A DNA stretch of 63,717 bases, counting the filler, from Cercozoa sp. M6MM (taxonomy: Eukaryota > Protista > Endomyxa: Ascetosporea), in NCBI GenBank assembly GCA_040357565.1. It is 8 parts of 8 records of this genome, joined end to end, with 100 filler letters (N's around TTAATTAATTAA, not from the genome) between each part and the next. Parts side by side here need not be neighbours in the genome. Positions count along the whole stretch, not along the records: positions 1 to 29,859 come from JBDODJ010000131.1; 7 more parts are not named here. The stretch is one strand, 5' to 3'. This document shows, in pieces, positions 12,833 through 26,138 of this stretch; the stretch's first letter is position 1; each line of letters opens with the position of its first letter. The notes beneath the pieces were generated by a model. That model made no database searches. It saw only the letters and a program-made list of their open reading frames with translations, and was not told the DNA's origin. A program made the translations under genes and the position numbers.

Positions 12833-14550
12833 ATGTCGACGGCTGAAATCGATGACGTTGAGTCGCAAGACAGTCTCAGCCCGGCGGAGAAAGCGGTGCA
12901 GTTTTCTCTTTTCCCTTTCGGTCAAGCACTGACACATTCCTGAGCAGTCTCCGCTGCGGCAAGTGATTCACTATGCCTACAAGGGAGCTTTAATCGGCTT
13001 CTTCTTCGGCTTTCTCCTGGAGAAGGCGAATGTTTACGTTCCAGACACTCTGGTGGACCAGTTTCGATTTGGCGACCAGACGTACTAAGTTTATTGTTTT
13101 CTTTGCTGTCTGGGCTGAAGAAAACTGGACATTTGTTCAAGCAGGATGCTGAAGGTCTTTTTGGCCGCCAATGCAGTAACCTTGCTGCTGGTCCGTCTGT
13201 TCCCGCAAGACCAGCGATCATGCCGCACGGTGCGAGTGCCGTTGCTGCAAAGAATACTGCCTGCTTCTGGTACATTCTTTCCTCTGTAGTACTGCTGTTC
13301 AGTGGGACTGAAGTCACTTTAACACTGTAGTTGCACACGTGCTCGGCACCGTCCTGGGCACCTTCATCTTGGGCGTTGGCATGGCCGTGTCGGGTGCCTG
13401 TCCGGGCACTGTGCTCGTCCAACTGTAAATTTACCTTTCTTGACTGGTATATGTATCTAATTGCAACACTCCTGGTCTGAACAGAGGTGCAGGCTTGGAG
13501 AGCGCGTGGTGGACACTGCTGGGTGCGTTGCTGGGCGTGCTGGTGCACATGCTGCTAACACAGCATCTGGTGGAAGTCTCGGAACTGTAAATTTACACTT
13601 GGCTGTGTTTTTTGTACTTGCCTTTTGCTCAGTATTAGTGCTTATCTGTATTGTGCACGGTGTGTAGCTGCGACGTGCAATCGCTTTCGCACCTGCTTGG
13701 CTACGTACATTGTCTATCAGTCGTATGTTGATACCGAAGCACTGGTGTATTTTTCTGGTGTAGAACGAAGGCGAAAGCCGGCGCAAGTGGGCAGGTCCGA
13801 CAACGCTGGCCCTGGTTTTCGGTGTGACTTTGCTCGGCGCTTCCGGCGCACTGGAACTGATCTTTCCCTTCCGCGACGACGTGAAGGAGCGCTTCCCTCA
13901 CGTGGCTGATCCTAAGGCACTTTACTCTTATGTATCCATATCAGTTTAGATATGTACAGTGCCTGTACAGATACACAATATATACTTTTCATATACTAAG
14001 GATACACATGACATATATGAATTATTCTGTATTAATATTATATTGCTCTGGACAGACAACGACGCTGGACCCGACGTCGCTGGCGTGGATCCCAATGCTT
14101 GTGGGTGTGCTGCTGGGCCTGCTGCAACTGCCGGCCTTGATGTCGGCCAACAAGATGCTAGGTGCCTCGAGTTCCTACCAGACCGTAGTGGCACTGGCTG
14201 TGCGTGCCGTGCCGTCGCGAGCACTGCACGAAAGCTCGTCGGTGGCACCGCTTCTCAAGGGTCTCAAGCCCGGCGCGGCCTTCCAATTGTTCCTCGCCGT
14301 GTTCGCTGTGCTGGGCGGCGCTCTGTCGGCCAATCTGAGCGACGAAGCTCCCGTTGTGACTGAACTCTCGCGTGCACGCTCCATCCTGGGCGGTATGCTG
14401 CTGCTCATCGGAGCGCGCATGGCCGGCGGCTGCACCTCCGGCCACGGCATCTCGGGCGCCGGCACGCAGTCGCTTTCGTCATGGCTCGCCATCATGTCCA
14501 TGTTCGCTGGTGCCATTGTTACCACTGCCATCATCGATGCTGTCCACTAG
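12833..14550 (+). CDS. YeeE/YedE-family thiosulfate/sulfur transporter
   Basis: GFFFGFLLEK, GVGMAVSGACPGT and GARMAGGCTSGHGISG family motifs across spliced exons. Confidence 0.9.
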
Positions 14551-14816
14551 ACTCTTCGCGCACTGGCTCTGAATTTAAATTGAATTGAACTACTGTAAAC
14601 CCTTGTCAGATCTAAAATAAAGCGAGTTTGAGAGACTAAAAGTCGCTTTTGTAGGCATATCTGGTATCTAAACAAGCTTTGACACTCGTTAGAACGATCT
14701 AAACATCTAATTGTTTTCCGTAGGAATGAGCTGGCATTTACAGTATCACGCATGATCAAAGTACGACACGGTAGTAACTTGCGCAGGTATGTGCAAGCCG
14801 TGTATTATTAACAGGC

Positions 14817-15996
14817 ATGAGTGAGATACGCGTAGAGAAGGGTGTGTTTGCCGACCAGTCCAGACTTTTCAACCCTGATGTATCGTTTGTCCTCTTTTGT
14901 GTGCCAGAGCAAAGATGCGTTTTGCCTTTCGAAAAGCTGCGAAACAGTCTCAAGCAACGACGCTTTCCTTCGAGGTAGCAACCAGCTCATGGCATCAAGT
15001 ATCTGCGAAAGCAACAGGTTTCTGCAGGAGGCAAGTGGTGCTGTTGTCATGCGGGAGTTTCTCACCACCGACGCTGCGGCATTTGCGCAACTTCGAAGAC
15101 GCGCGTTTCTATCTGGTAGCAAAGGTTTTTGCTCATTTAAACCAGTGTAATTGAAAGTACTTGTTGTGTAGGAAAGCGCATGCGATTTTGAGGTGGTTTT
15201 CGGTCTGCTTTCGCCGGTCCACGACGGCTACGGCAAGGAGGTTTCCTTACTGCACAGCTTTGATTGTTTCGGTAAGTAAACCCTTCCTGCAGAGTCTGCA
15301 AGAGGTGAGCAGTAGCGATAGAGAACACATGTTGCGACTGAGCACGTGCAACTCGACGTGGCTCGGTGTGAGTCACGTCGAGTTGGAGCGTTCCGAGTGG
15401 ATGCGCACAGTCTACGTGTGTTCCTTTTTACTCTGTGTGCTTTTACTTCTCAAATTAATGTTGTCCATCAGGTCGTTGAAGAAACAAGAAAACTCTTGAT
15501 TAATGAGTTGGTACGTTGTCCCTTCAGTTTGCCTGTCGAGTGACTAACTGTGACTCTAAAGTATACCCTCTGTGTGTGTGCAGAGTGACGTGTTGTCGGC
15601 CGACTTCCTGCTGCTCTTTCTGTGCGGCGCCGATCTGTTGCGCAGCATGCGCGTGCCTGGCAAGTGGTTCCATCCGGAACGACTCTTTGCCGACAACTGC
15701 GGCATCATGTGCATCGAACGGCAGCAGCAGCACGATGAGAGTGCCGCTGAGGACGACCCGTTGAGCCATGTGCTGCAACCCAACGTCAACTTCTTCTCTT
15801 GCGGTACTTTTGCGTGTCCTCCAGACTACGCATCTCGATTTGTCCCGTTTTGTTTGGATCCCTAGAGCCTGTGGCGCCGAACGACATCTCGTCCTCGCGC
15901 GTGCGAGAGGTGTGCCGCTCCGGCGGCTCGGCGCGCTACCTCGTGCCCGATCGCGTTTGCGATTTCATCGAGCAACGCTGTCTCTACCGAGAGTAG
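14817..15996 (+). CDS. NMNAT: Nicotinamide/nicotinate mononucleotide adenylyltransferase
   Basis: VLLSCGSFSPPTLRHL, SPVHDGYGK, LFLCGADLLRS, NDISSSRVR and YLVPDRVCDFI motifs. Confidence 0.9.
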
Positions 15997-16284
15997 GAGT
16001 TTAGGGTGCAGCTAGTTTTTTTTTAAGGAGAGTACACTGTACCCCACAGTACTGTACCCCACAAGTACTGTGTGCCCGCTGCGATAAGCCTTTTTGTCGG
16101 TAAAAGCAGAAAGAAATCTCAAATCGCTCGAGCATCAACCTCAGCATATTGAACACCGCGAACAGATAGAAACTAATCTAATAGTGTGGTACTATTTCTG
16201 CGTCAAGTGCGTTTCGCGCCATCTTTCTTTTTCCAGTTGTTGTTTTGTGTAGCAAAATAATCGGAAAAAAACGTCTTCCAGCGA

Positions 16285-18958
16285 ATGCTCGTGGTGCTTT
16301 GTTTAGACAGTGAGCTGTGTGCCTATATCCAGCGTCAGCACAATGCGTCACTGGGAGCTTTCTTGAGGAGTCTGGTGCGCGAGTGTCGCAGCGGAGGCCC
16401 GTCGGCTGTGCACGTGAAAGTGCTCGCACCGGCCGAAACGATCCGCGAGCACTGTCATGAAGTGGTAACGAGAAGCTGTTTGCTTTGGCAGTTCAAACGT
16501 AGACTTAAAAGCCGACTGAAAGCCGTGTGTTGGTGTTTGCTTGGAACAGGCGGAGTGTTCGCTCGAGTTTGTGCAGCTTACGCACCGATCACATCGCACG
16601 TGCCAACTGTCGCTGCTGCTGGCAGGCAGTGACACGGCGTGCTACCGGCATGTCGCATTTGTGAACTACAGTCACGGCATGCTGCACGCACTCGTGCCGG
16701 CCTTTGCGTAGTCTGAGCTGCCTGTTGATACTTTGTGTCTGTCTTGGTATTGTGGAGTGCGTGTGTGTGCAGAGACTTGCGTGCCAAAGGAGTCGAGACT
16801 CTCACAGTAGTCGTGTCCGACAAGAACAAGTTGCGCCTGTAGTTTCTCGTGTTGTTTTGTGGTCAGTTGGTTGAACGCTTTTGTCTAAAGGTCATTGCGC
16901 ACGTCGATGGGCATCACAGACACCACACTTTACTTCTCCCGGTAGACTACTGTTTGTTGTGTTGTGTTTGTGTGTTGGTATCAAACAGCACATACCCGTT
17001 TCAGGATACTCGAGTTGCAGCAACTTAAGCAACAACAACAACGACAACAACAACAGTCAGTGCCTGCCAGTAAGCAGGATATGGAGTGGGGCGTCCGTAT
17101 CAATGCCGCCTCTGGCACCTCACCTTTTGTACTCTTGCCCTCGGTCCTTTTGCAACACTAGGTATCTCTCAAGTGTACCTGCAGGCTGTTGAAGACGCCA
17201 TGCGCAAATTCGGCGACATCAAGGACTTCCTCGCTGCTCGTACAGTTTTGTCCTGATGCGACTTACCTTCCCCCTGTATACATGGTCCCTACCTCCTACC
17301 TCCTTGTGTAACAGCCTCCAAAGGCAAGGCAATGGGTAAGTCGATGCGCGTGGTGTTCGCGACGCGTACACAGGCCATCGCGGCTAAACGCGCATGTCAC
17401 GGACTCTCTGTACTAGAGGGTTTCCCGATGCAACGGGTAGCCCTCCTACCCTGACCTATCTACCTTACCTACCCTATCTTACCTCCCATATCTTACCTAC
17501 CCTACTTTACCTATCCTACTTACCTACCATATGTTACCTATCCTACTTTACCTACCCTACTTACCCTACTTTACCTACCCTACTTTACCTACCCTATGTG
17601 TACCCTATGTAGCCTCTGAAGCTTTCGCTGGAATCAAAGTCGAACAGTCAGATGCTGTCATCAGTGCCTCCTGCCTTCCGTACTCCACACATATACCTAC
17701 ACATACCTATATCCTTATCTATATCTATAAATATATTATGTCTACTGACAGGACCAGCCGGTTCCTTCCGGAGCATAACGTCGCCGTGGGAAACATCGCC
17801 GGCAGCCTCGCCGGTGCCAGAGGAGAGCTCGACGGACTCACTGCCCGAGTCGCCGTGGGACGTCATGTCGGTCTCATCGACCGCCTCTTTGGGTCACCCA
17901 GGTGACGTTTTCAAGGACAGAGACAGCACTATCGGCAGCAGCAGCACTCTGTCTTCTCAGGTCTCTGAGCATCCGCCCGAAGTATCCTCGCTCCTGAGTG
18001 CCGCCCAGCGACAGAAACTGCGCGCTGCGTCGCCGCAACTCTTGCTCCGTGCCATCAAGATCCTCTTGCACCCGAAGCCCTTTCTGTTTGTCCAGGTATC
18101 AGCTCTTCCCGCTCCTGTCAAAAGACAAGGAAGTCCTTCTTCTTTTTTTAGACCAGCAAGAACCCCACTGACAACGAAGCCTTGCAACTGCTGCAATCAA
18201 TCGATGTCATGTATTCTGCTTTCATATAAACTTGTGTTTATTTTAACCGAAGCTTTTTTTGCCTTAGTCAACGACGCGGTTGTCGTCGCAATGCATTCGT
18301 CTGGGCCAAGCTGTTCCTGTCGCCGTTCGAAGGTATCAATATCAGTAGCCTTTGCTTTCGCTATTGGTTGCTTCAGTTGCTTTTGTTTTGACTCAGCCGA
18401 GAGCGTGAAACTCGCCTTTGTCTCGGTCAACAAGACGCGATATATGCTCCAGATGCTGTGCAATGCCATGAGCTACCTTCACTTTGTGCGTACTGGCGTG
18501 GTCCCTTGCCTTTTAGTTTGTTTGCGTTTTTCTTTCTTCACTCGTGGCACACAGGTCGAAACAGCAGTCGAGCGTATCTACGTGCCGACCGAGCGCTTGC
18601 TGAAGGTGCTAACGAGCGCTTCGCATGCGCGCGACTTGAAAAACGATGCGGCTTCTCATTTCCACATGTTTGTCAAAACCGTCACAACTCGGAAAATCGA
18701 CGCACGCGATATTTTGGAGTACGCCTCGCTGCTGCAGCTCGTCGATCAACGTCATGACGGCATCGACGAGGTGTGCTTCAACGAGCACGCGTCGGACTTG
18801 TTCAAATACTTTAACATCCACTGGAGCAAGCGTACGTTTTGGATTCTGTGACTGTGACTGACTGGTGTGTGAATGACTTCTGACTTGCCTGTGGTTGACT
18901 TTTATTTCTGCAGCGAGTCAAAGCCAGTGGTGCGCTATTTTCGATCGCTTGCTCATGA
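16285..18958 (+). CDS. Multi-exon hypothetical protein; end uncertain
   Basis: Coding-like exons (MLVVLCLDSE..., poly-Q, ORF 17652-18851) separated by GT-AG introns, one of them (CCTA)-rich. Confidence 0.5.
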
Positions 18959-19179
18959 GCGGCCAGGCTGTTGCAAACTCGGAATAAGTCACGTCAGAGC
19001 GTTTTCTAGGTTTCCTTTGCGTTGACTTCGGAACGCCCCGCCGGACCTGACCCGGGGCCTGCGTTTCCTTGACCTAATGATTTGACAAACGAAACCCGGA
19101 AATGAATACGATACGATAGGTAGTCGGGTAAATGCTAACTGTAATGCATATTTTTGTAACGTAAGTCAGTTAAATTGGA

Positions 19180-20326
19180 TCAATCGCGCGGCAAGGCGTA
19201 ATTGGAGTTGGCCAGCAGCATCTCGCCGTGCTGCACGACGGGAACAAAGCGGCCCACCGGAAGCGACGCGCATGCGGCAATCGTACTTCGAGCACGGTCC
19301 GAGATCTGAGTGGCTAGCTCTTCGACTGGCTGCGCAGCATTAAACGCGGCCCTACGCATGAAGAGGTCAAAAGATCGACAAATACAAAAAAGGGCAAAAG
19401 GCAAAAATACCATTCTTCTGCCTGCAGACTTGTAAATATTTCAGCGACACGGCGCTGTAGTTCTGGCACTTCGTATCTCTGCCCAGTTCATCGAATTAAC
19501 ACAACTAAGGAAAAAAAGTCAAAACAAAAAACAAAATCCAACAAAACTGATCGAACTGATCAAAACCAAACTGGAAAGCAAAAAAGCAAACGACTGACCT
19601 CCTCGCCATAGCCACCTCGCTTAGCGAGTGTCTCGGCGTCAGCAGACAGATACACGACTAGATCGGGTGCGGGCAGACAGGTCTCCTGCATGATGCACCA
19701 CTCGCGCGACACGTCCTGATCGTCGCCAGCATTTTGCGCCAGCGTGTAGGCCACGCCACTGTAGGAATACCGGTCGCACACGACCTAAACACAGCACACG
19801 CTCAGTTTGACAGGGCCGAAGGATCGAAACTAAACCATCGAACCGAAACGCCGCTGTCGAGCAGTTCGATGAGTTTCTGACGCTGCTCGAGTCGATTCAG
19901 CACAAAGAGCGAGTGCACGGCGGCGCGATCGCTGAGTTCCAGGCGGCGCTGCAGGTAGTCGTTCAGCAGCTTGCCCTGCAGCAACAGCGACTTTAAAATG
20001 ACAGTCACAAGAGAGAGAAAACATTGAAAGTTACTGTCGTTGTGCTGCGGTCCGGAAAGCGCATCTGCTGCACCTGCACGCCACTCTCCACGAGCACCTC
20101 GAACAACCGACTTGACTGCGTCGATTTGCCGCACCTGTCTACGCCTTCAAACACAATAAACGCACCGCGCTTCGAGTTACTCCTTTGAGTCTCCGTTCGC
20201 GTGTACTACAGTGCGGACACTCCAGCGAAACAACTTGACCCAAGGAAGACACTCAAAAGCAAAACCAACCGCAAGCGAAATCCCAGTGGCGCCGAAGCTC
20301 GCCTCGCTGCACTCGATTTTGTCCAT
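19180..20326 (-). CDS. DTYMK: Thymidylate kinase
   Basis: [19 protein letters not shown]-loop, [37 protein letters not shown]. Confidence 0.95.
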
Positions 20327-20702
20327 CTGAATGTGCCAGAACGTGCTGAACCTGTTTACTTGCGCCTCAAGTGGGTTACTTGGGCATTTGGTGCCTGAGT
20401 GAAGGCGCCTCCAGAGCCATCATTGTTTTTCCAAAAGGGGTTGAGATTGAAAAGTGTCTTTCGCCTCTACTCCTCCGTACTACAAAAGCTCGTAAATGTC
20501 AGATTTCGCCTTCAATTAAGTTCTGCAGTACGACTGGAATTGAACTGGAAGTGCCGGCATGGTGGATGGAACTGAACTGGAAGTTTCTTCAGTCTTTTGC
20601 GAAAAACGCAGACCCACAAAAGACGCGATCGAAAGTGATTGCTCGCGCACGGGGGCATTTGTCATTCGCGCAAAGTCTGTGAACTTCTGATCATCGAATA
20701 AA

Positions 20703-23270
20703 ATGGGTGAAGGTCGCAAGTTCCAGGTGTGTTTTACCGTTTTTTGCATTCACCAAAACCGACCGAAATACACTGGATTGTGTCTCATATTGTCTGGTAG
20801 TTTGACATTGAGGTGCGCGGTGTTATTGTGGATGCACCAGTGGCCCGAGCACGCAGTGAGTTGCTTTCGCGCGAGCACTTTTTCGTGTGGCACCGGCCGA
20901 GACTCAATGAGTGGCCGAGCCCGGCGGTGCGAGCTGCCGTGCCGCGCACCGACGCGAGCAACGACGCGCGAGTAGCGTTCAAGTTCCAGCAGAAACTACG
21001 ACAGAAGGCACTGCTGAAACATGAGGATTCCGAAGGACCACGCAATGTGTTTGCCTTTTTGCAACGCACCAACAGCACCGACAGTGTCGAACTTGGGCGG
21101 ACCAATATTGACCTGAAAAAGTACGTTTTCTCCAACGAGAAACACAAGGCGAGACTCGCATTTGCGTGCAATGTGGTGCTTTTACTTTCTGAAGTGTAAA
21201 ATAGACCGTGTAGAATTCATATGGTTGTGTTGTAGGCGGGCACAACATGTATGGCGACATTGTTGCTGAATGTGCAAGCCACTCAGCTGACAGGCAAGCA
21301 CACACAACTGCCTGTGATCGACGAGATCCATGAGATTGGCGAATTCGCCTCTACGATCGTGTCGAACGCCGATCGTGCCGAGCGAACCTCGGTATCGCAG
21401 GTGCACCGTACGGCACGTTCGACACCGAGGCAAGTCAGTGCAGCCGCACCTTTGTACCTGCGTGTGAACGAGTCGCAGACGTCGTTGTCGCCGTCGCTGT
21501 CGTCGCGCGCAGTGCAATCGACCATCGTGCTGCAGGCCGAGGAGTTACCACGCCAGCAGAGAGAGGTTAAAAAAATAACGCGAGTACCGACGTCTCAGCA
21601 GTCGTTGCACTACTCATCCATGGGAGTGCCAGGCACCTACAGGAACAACGAGTCCACCGACCGCATCGCACTGCCGCCTGCGCCGACTGCTGCCCGGAGC
21701 CAGCCTCTTCAGTACCGACACACGATGCCGAACCCTCGCGATCTTCTACGACGCACACTGGAACCGCTCAACGTGTAGCTTTTCTCTTGCTTCACACGAT
21801 GCTTGATCCTTCCTGCATGCATGTGTGGACAGGAGTATGAGCAACATTCGCGAAAAGCTGCGTCGAAACTCAATCGATGAGGGAACCTTTGGAGATACGG
21901 ATCTCCAAGTGCTGACTGGCTCGCAGATGCATACGCTGGGCAGTGCGCATCAGCACAACGTTAACGTTAACAGCACCGGCACAACGGGAACGCAGTTGTT
22001 CCACACCAGGTCATCGGACTCGCAGCAGCAAGCCATCTGCGAGGCGCAGCTGAAGCAGGCGGCGCCTAGTGACACCGTATTGAATGCAACAGGTGCAGTG
22101 AATACGGCACCCAACGACGCTCTGTCGCACGTCTCACGCATCGAAGCTCTGCTCAAGCGGTGCAACTCGGCGATGGAGAAAGTGTCACTTCGTTCCTCCC
22201 CTCACAGTACTAGTTTGCACGGCTCGCATGCCTCACCTCAGGCCAATGCAACACCACAGTCGCAGCAAGCTCCAGTCGACTTCAACGAGTACTTTGGCCT
22301 GTCCAAAGTGGCGCAGTCACCTCTGCACCACGACTCCACGACTCGCTCAGTTCCGCCGATGCCGCACAACTCGCTGACATCGCCAATGCGCCAAGCACTC
22401 GGCCCACAGCACCAGGTGCCGGTACTCCGCGGGTCCGGAAACAGCACACTGCACTCGCACACACACGAGCGCGAACTGAGCGATCGCTTGGATTTGGGAC
22501 ACTTTGGAAGTGCCGAAGCACGGCAGCAGCGACTCAGTGGTGGCACTCCTTTCGAGGATGACAACGATCTGACCAAGAGTGAGTACTCGGCTTCTCCGCG
22601 ACATCAGTGTCGTCCGAGTCAGTCCTTGGATCTCAACGACCTGCTGTCTCGTGCCAATCGACTACTCCAGGATCACGGCAACAGTCCTAAAAGTAGTCAT
22701 AGTAGTCTGGGCAGTCTTCGACGAAACGATAATCGGGCTGAGCTCAAGCGCAGTGCGAGCAGCGAAAGAACGCCGACGCAGAGACACCGCTCCTATAACA
22801 CGATGACGTTGCACAACACAGATGTTCTCGAACTCGCTGCACGCTTCGTCGAGGCGGCACAGGACTCGCGTGCTGATTTGCGAGTGCTTGGACTTCACCT
22901 CGCTTCAAGGTACAGTCCAGTTTGACATTGGTTTCTTCTTTCGCGGGATACTGTACTTCATTGTTTAGACTGTTGTCGGAGCCTGGAAGCTCACCGGATC
23001 GCATCTTTGACGCACTCGGAAACTCGGCAGGAGTGCTCTTGCACACGATGGACGAGTTGTGCACCGATGCCGCCAACTGCGCAGTGCTTCGCTTCAAGCA
23101 GTACACGCGAGAGGGAACATCGATGCTACTAAGTGAACGAAACAGACGCACTTAACTTACCGAACACTGAAACCAGTAATGTGCACTTTTCTGCTGTCAG
23201 ATACAGGGGAGTCGTAATGACGACGCTGGGGTCAGGACTCAGAGGTATTCGTACACACTGTCGTTACTGA
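20703..23270 (+). CDS. Protein with a possible N-terminal NT-C2-like domain and a long Ser-rich disordered region
   Basis: Beta-rich N-terminus (FFVWHR...VAFKFQQKL...ELGRTNIDLKKY), then ORFs 21251-21778 and 21825-22925. Confidence 0.55.
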
Positions 23271-23587
23271 CCCCTCATGGGCCTTCCAGGCGTGCTTGAC
23301 CATAAAGTTACAATTGTACTGCGATTGATCGTATTATACGACGTTCCCATACAGTATGTAGTAGAAAGGTAAACAACTTTCGCGCTAACTCTGATGGTAT
23401 TTAGCGGTGACGACGGCGATGGTGACCGTGGCGGTCACGACGCCCGTGTGATTGCTCGAGTTGTCGTACCCAGAGTAGTCAAGCTCTTCGTGCGACGCCT
23501 CCGGGGGAGGGGGGCGCACTAAGACCACAACGGTACCGTGACATTACTGCAAACCAACCATACATGCCCTGCCTGAACTGAGAGCAC

Positions 23588-24431
23588 CTAGTAACTGGGC
23601 TCCTCGTAGCTGGGCGCCTTGTAACTGGGCTCCTTGTAACTGGGCTCCTTGTAACTGGGTTCATCATAGCTAGGCTTCTTGTAACTAGACTTCTCGTCAC
23701 GGGGCTCATTGTATCCGCTGCCTGTAGCAACATGCGTATGAAAGTGCACGATGAATTTGGCCAGTTCAGTTGACACGAATCAAGAGGAACAAAGTTCAAC
23801 TCGCCATGACGACGGCGTCGACGATCGCGTCGGCCGTGGCCTTGACCAGAACGGTAGTCTGCAACACGGTAATAAAGCACACGTATAGCAAGCTACTTCA
23901 GGTGTACTTTGGATTGAAAACACAAGGCACCGTCATAGTAGTCGTCACTCAGCAGACGCGCATCATCCGTGTCGAGATCGAGACCGACTGTCGTGGTCTC
24001 TCCGTTCTGGCAGTCGCCCTCACTGTACATTTCAGTACAGCACTGGTTTTTTCAAGTGAAAACCAAGCTTACTTGACGAGAACCATGTTCTCCTCGCCGT
24101 ACATACAGCGCAGGAACTCCAGCGTGCACGTGTTGCGCACCTACTCTCACGTAAATGTAAATTACGCTGACAATCTCACCAAGCAAGACAGTGCTGAACA
24201 GAACAGTGACACATTGATTTTACCGTCATGACCACATCAGTACCGACATGCTCGACACAAAGATGACGCTCGACGTCCGGACACACCACTGCATCAGCAC
24301 AGTAAATTGAAAAACTACCAGGAAGCCACTGCACGCACAGACAAAGTTGGACAAACAACTGAAAACACACTGTCAGAGCAGTCGTTCTGGGCAACAACTC
24401 CAGCAATCAACAGCGAGGTCAGGAACAGCAT
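23588..24431 (-). CDS. Secreted Kazal-like protein with an EPSYK repeat tail; 3' exons uncertain
   Basis: Signal peptide MLFLTSLLIAGVVA; Cys pattern C..CPDVERHLC...TVRNTCTLEFLRC...EGDC. Confidence 0.6.
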
Positions 24432-24908
24432 TAACGCAGTCAGTTCAAGCACAAGTCACACAGAGACGAGTGTCGAAGGTAAGGAGGTGAAGTTAACTCG
24501 AAGCAGAGAAAACACAAAAAGTTAGTCGGAAGGAGTGCAAGGTTGCAACCCAGTTTGGTCGTCCACACCTCGCCTGTTTCTGTAAGTTGACAACCCTGGC
24601 CACTTTGACGTGCCAGACGATCCGAGTCGTCCGATCCGCCGATCGACGACTTCTACAACTTGAATGGAATCTACGGTACAGGGTAGCAGTACTGATAGAA
24701 CTTCAGTTGCCAGTCGTGCTGGCTAAACTGACAACACTTGCGGTCCCCCCGCAACTCCACTGCCTGAAAACTGCCAACGAACCGCGAACAACCGATTCAG
24801 GCCCAGGGGAAGCTACAACCTGCGCTGTTGCTACAGCCGAGCTACGATGGCGTACTGTAGATAAATTAAATGTTAAGAAAATCAAAACGCTGGCGGCACC
24901 ACCGGGGC

Positions 24909-26138
24909 TCAGCGCATCGAAGTGTGCGGCATGCGGCCCTCATTGAGCTTGCGCACCTCGACGACCTCCTGCTCACCGAGCACGCCAGTGTGCGACAGCG
25001 TGCGCACGAGACAGTGCGTCGCCGACGCGTGGATGTCTTGGCAGACGACGAACTTCTGGTATGACGACATCACAATGTCGTCCTGCGGGTACAGCACGTC
25101 CGTGTCGGCCTGCCCATCACATAGATGTTTCTAAATAGAAGGGGGGGGGGGACATAGGAAGTACCTGACGCCAGTGGTTCAATCGAGCCACCAATGCGCG
25201 TTTGAAGGTCGGAATGCAGCGACTCGAGTTCTTCTTCTTGCGCGTGCGCCGCCGATTCATGTCGAAGAGCAAATCGGCGATCTGCTCGGCCGACGAGGGA
25301 CGCAGCGTATCGAGATTGGCCCAGTCCTGTCCCACCATCACACACACACACACACACACCTACATTTACAACTATACAAAGCAGACAGGTGTGAGTGTGC
25401 ACCTTCTCTGTCTGTGATAGGTGCGTGTCGTTCAATAGCCAGTATATGAGCGCACGGTTGTTCTGGTGCTGCACTCGCCGCACGACGCCGTAGTATTGGT
25501 TGCCGTCGGGCCAGTCGCTCACGACGAGCGAGCCGACCTGGAAAGGCGACTCGGGGTCCACGTCGCCGTCGTCGTGTTGCTGCTCCGTCGCCGTCGCACC
25601 CGAACCCTCTGGCCGCAAGTCACTGTGATTCGCCGATTCTTCGTCTGCTCCTGGTGTCACCACTAATGCTGTTGAAGCAACACACACAAACACAGAATAT
25701 ATAACGAGTTTTGAATGGGAAACTTCAACGTACAGTCAGCCTCGGTTAGGGTAGGGCCGCTCGCCACTACGCTCGTTCGAATCACTCCTCTGTCCGGGAA
25801 CTCTGGGAAAGCAATTTCACAGTGTGCAACAACAAGGCAAAAGCTGAATGTAGCATGTGCGTAAGTGTGCTACCTGATGACACGTGGTTATGCGGGGCCA
25901 CGTGTGGAGAAACGTGCGGAGACACATGGTCTCCCCTGTCATCCAGGTCAGCCACCTCTTCCGGCGACATTATCTCGCGCCGTGGCCTCTTGCGAGGACG
26001 CAGCACCGGGTCGTGCAGCTCACTGTCCGTCGGGTGCACCCCATGACCCAGGCCGTACATGCCGTAGCTCCCGAATGAACTGTCGAACGCACTGTTGTCA
26101 CCAAAGGCACTGGCGCTACCGCAAATTAAAAACATCAT
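24909..26138 (-). CDS. Hypothetical protein with a Tudor/SH3-like segment; start uncertain
   Basis: FQVGSLVVSDWPDGNQYYGVVRRV...ALIYW...DWANLDTLRP. Confidence 0.5.

Noticed and set aside
13915-14056. GC-AG intron in YeeE (AAG|GCACTT)
   Set aside because: An in-frame GT donor (GTATCC) 15 nt downstream explains it equally well.
25740-25790. tRNA (GTTCGAATC)
   Set aside because: No cloverleaf; lies within a probable minus-strand gene.
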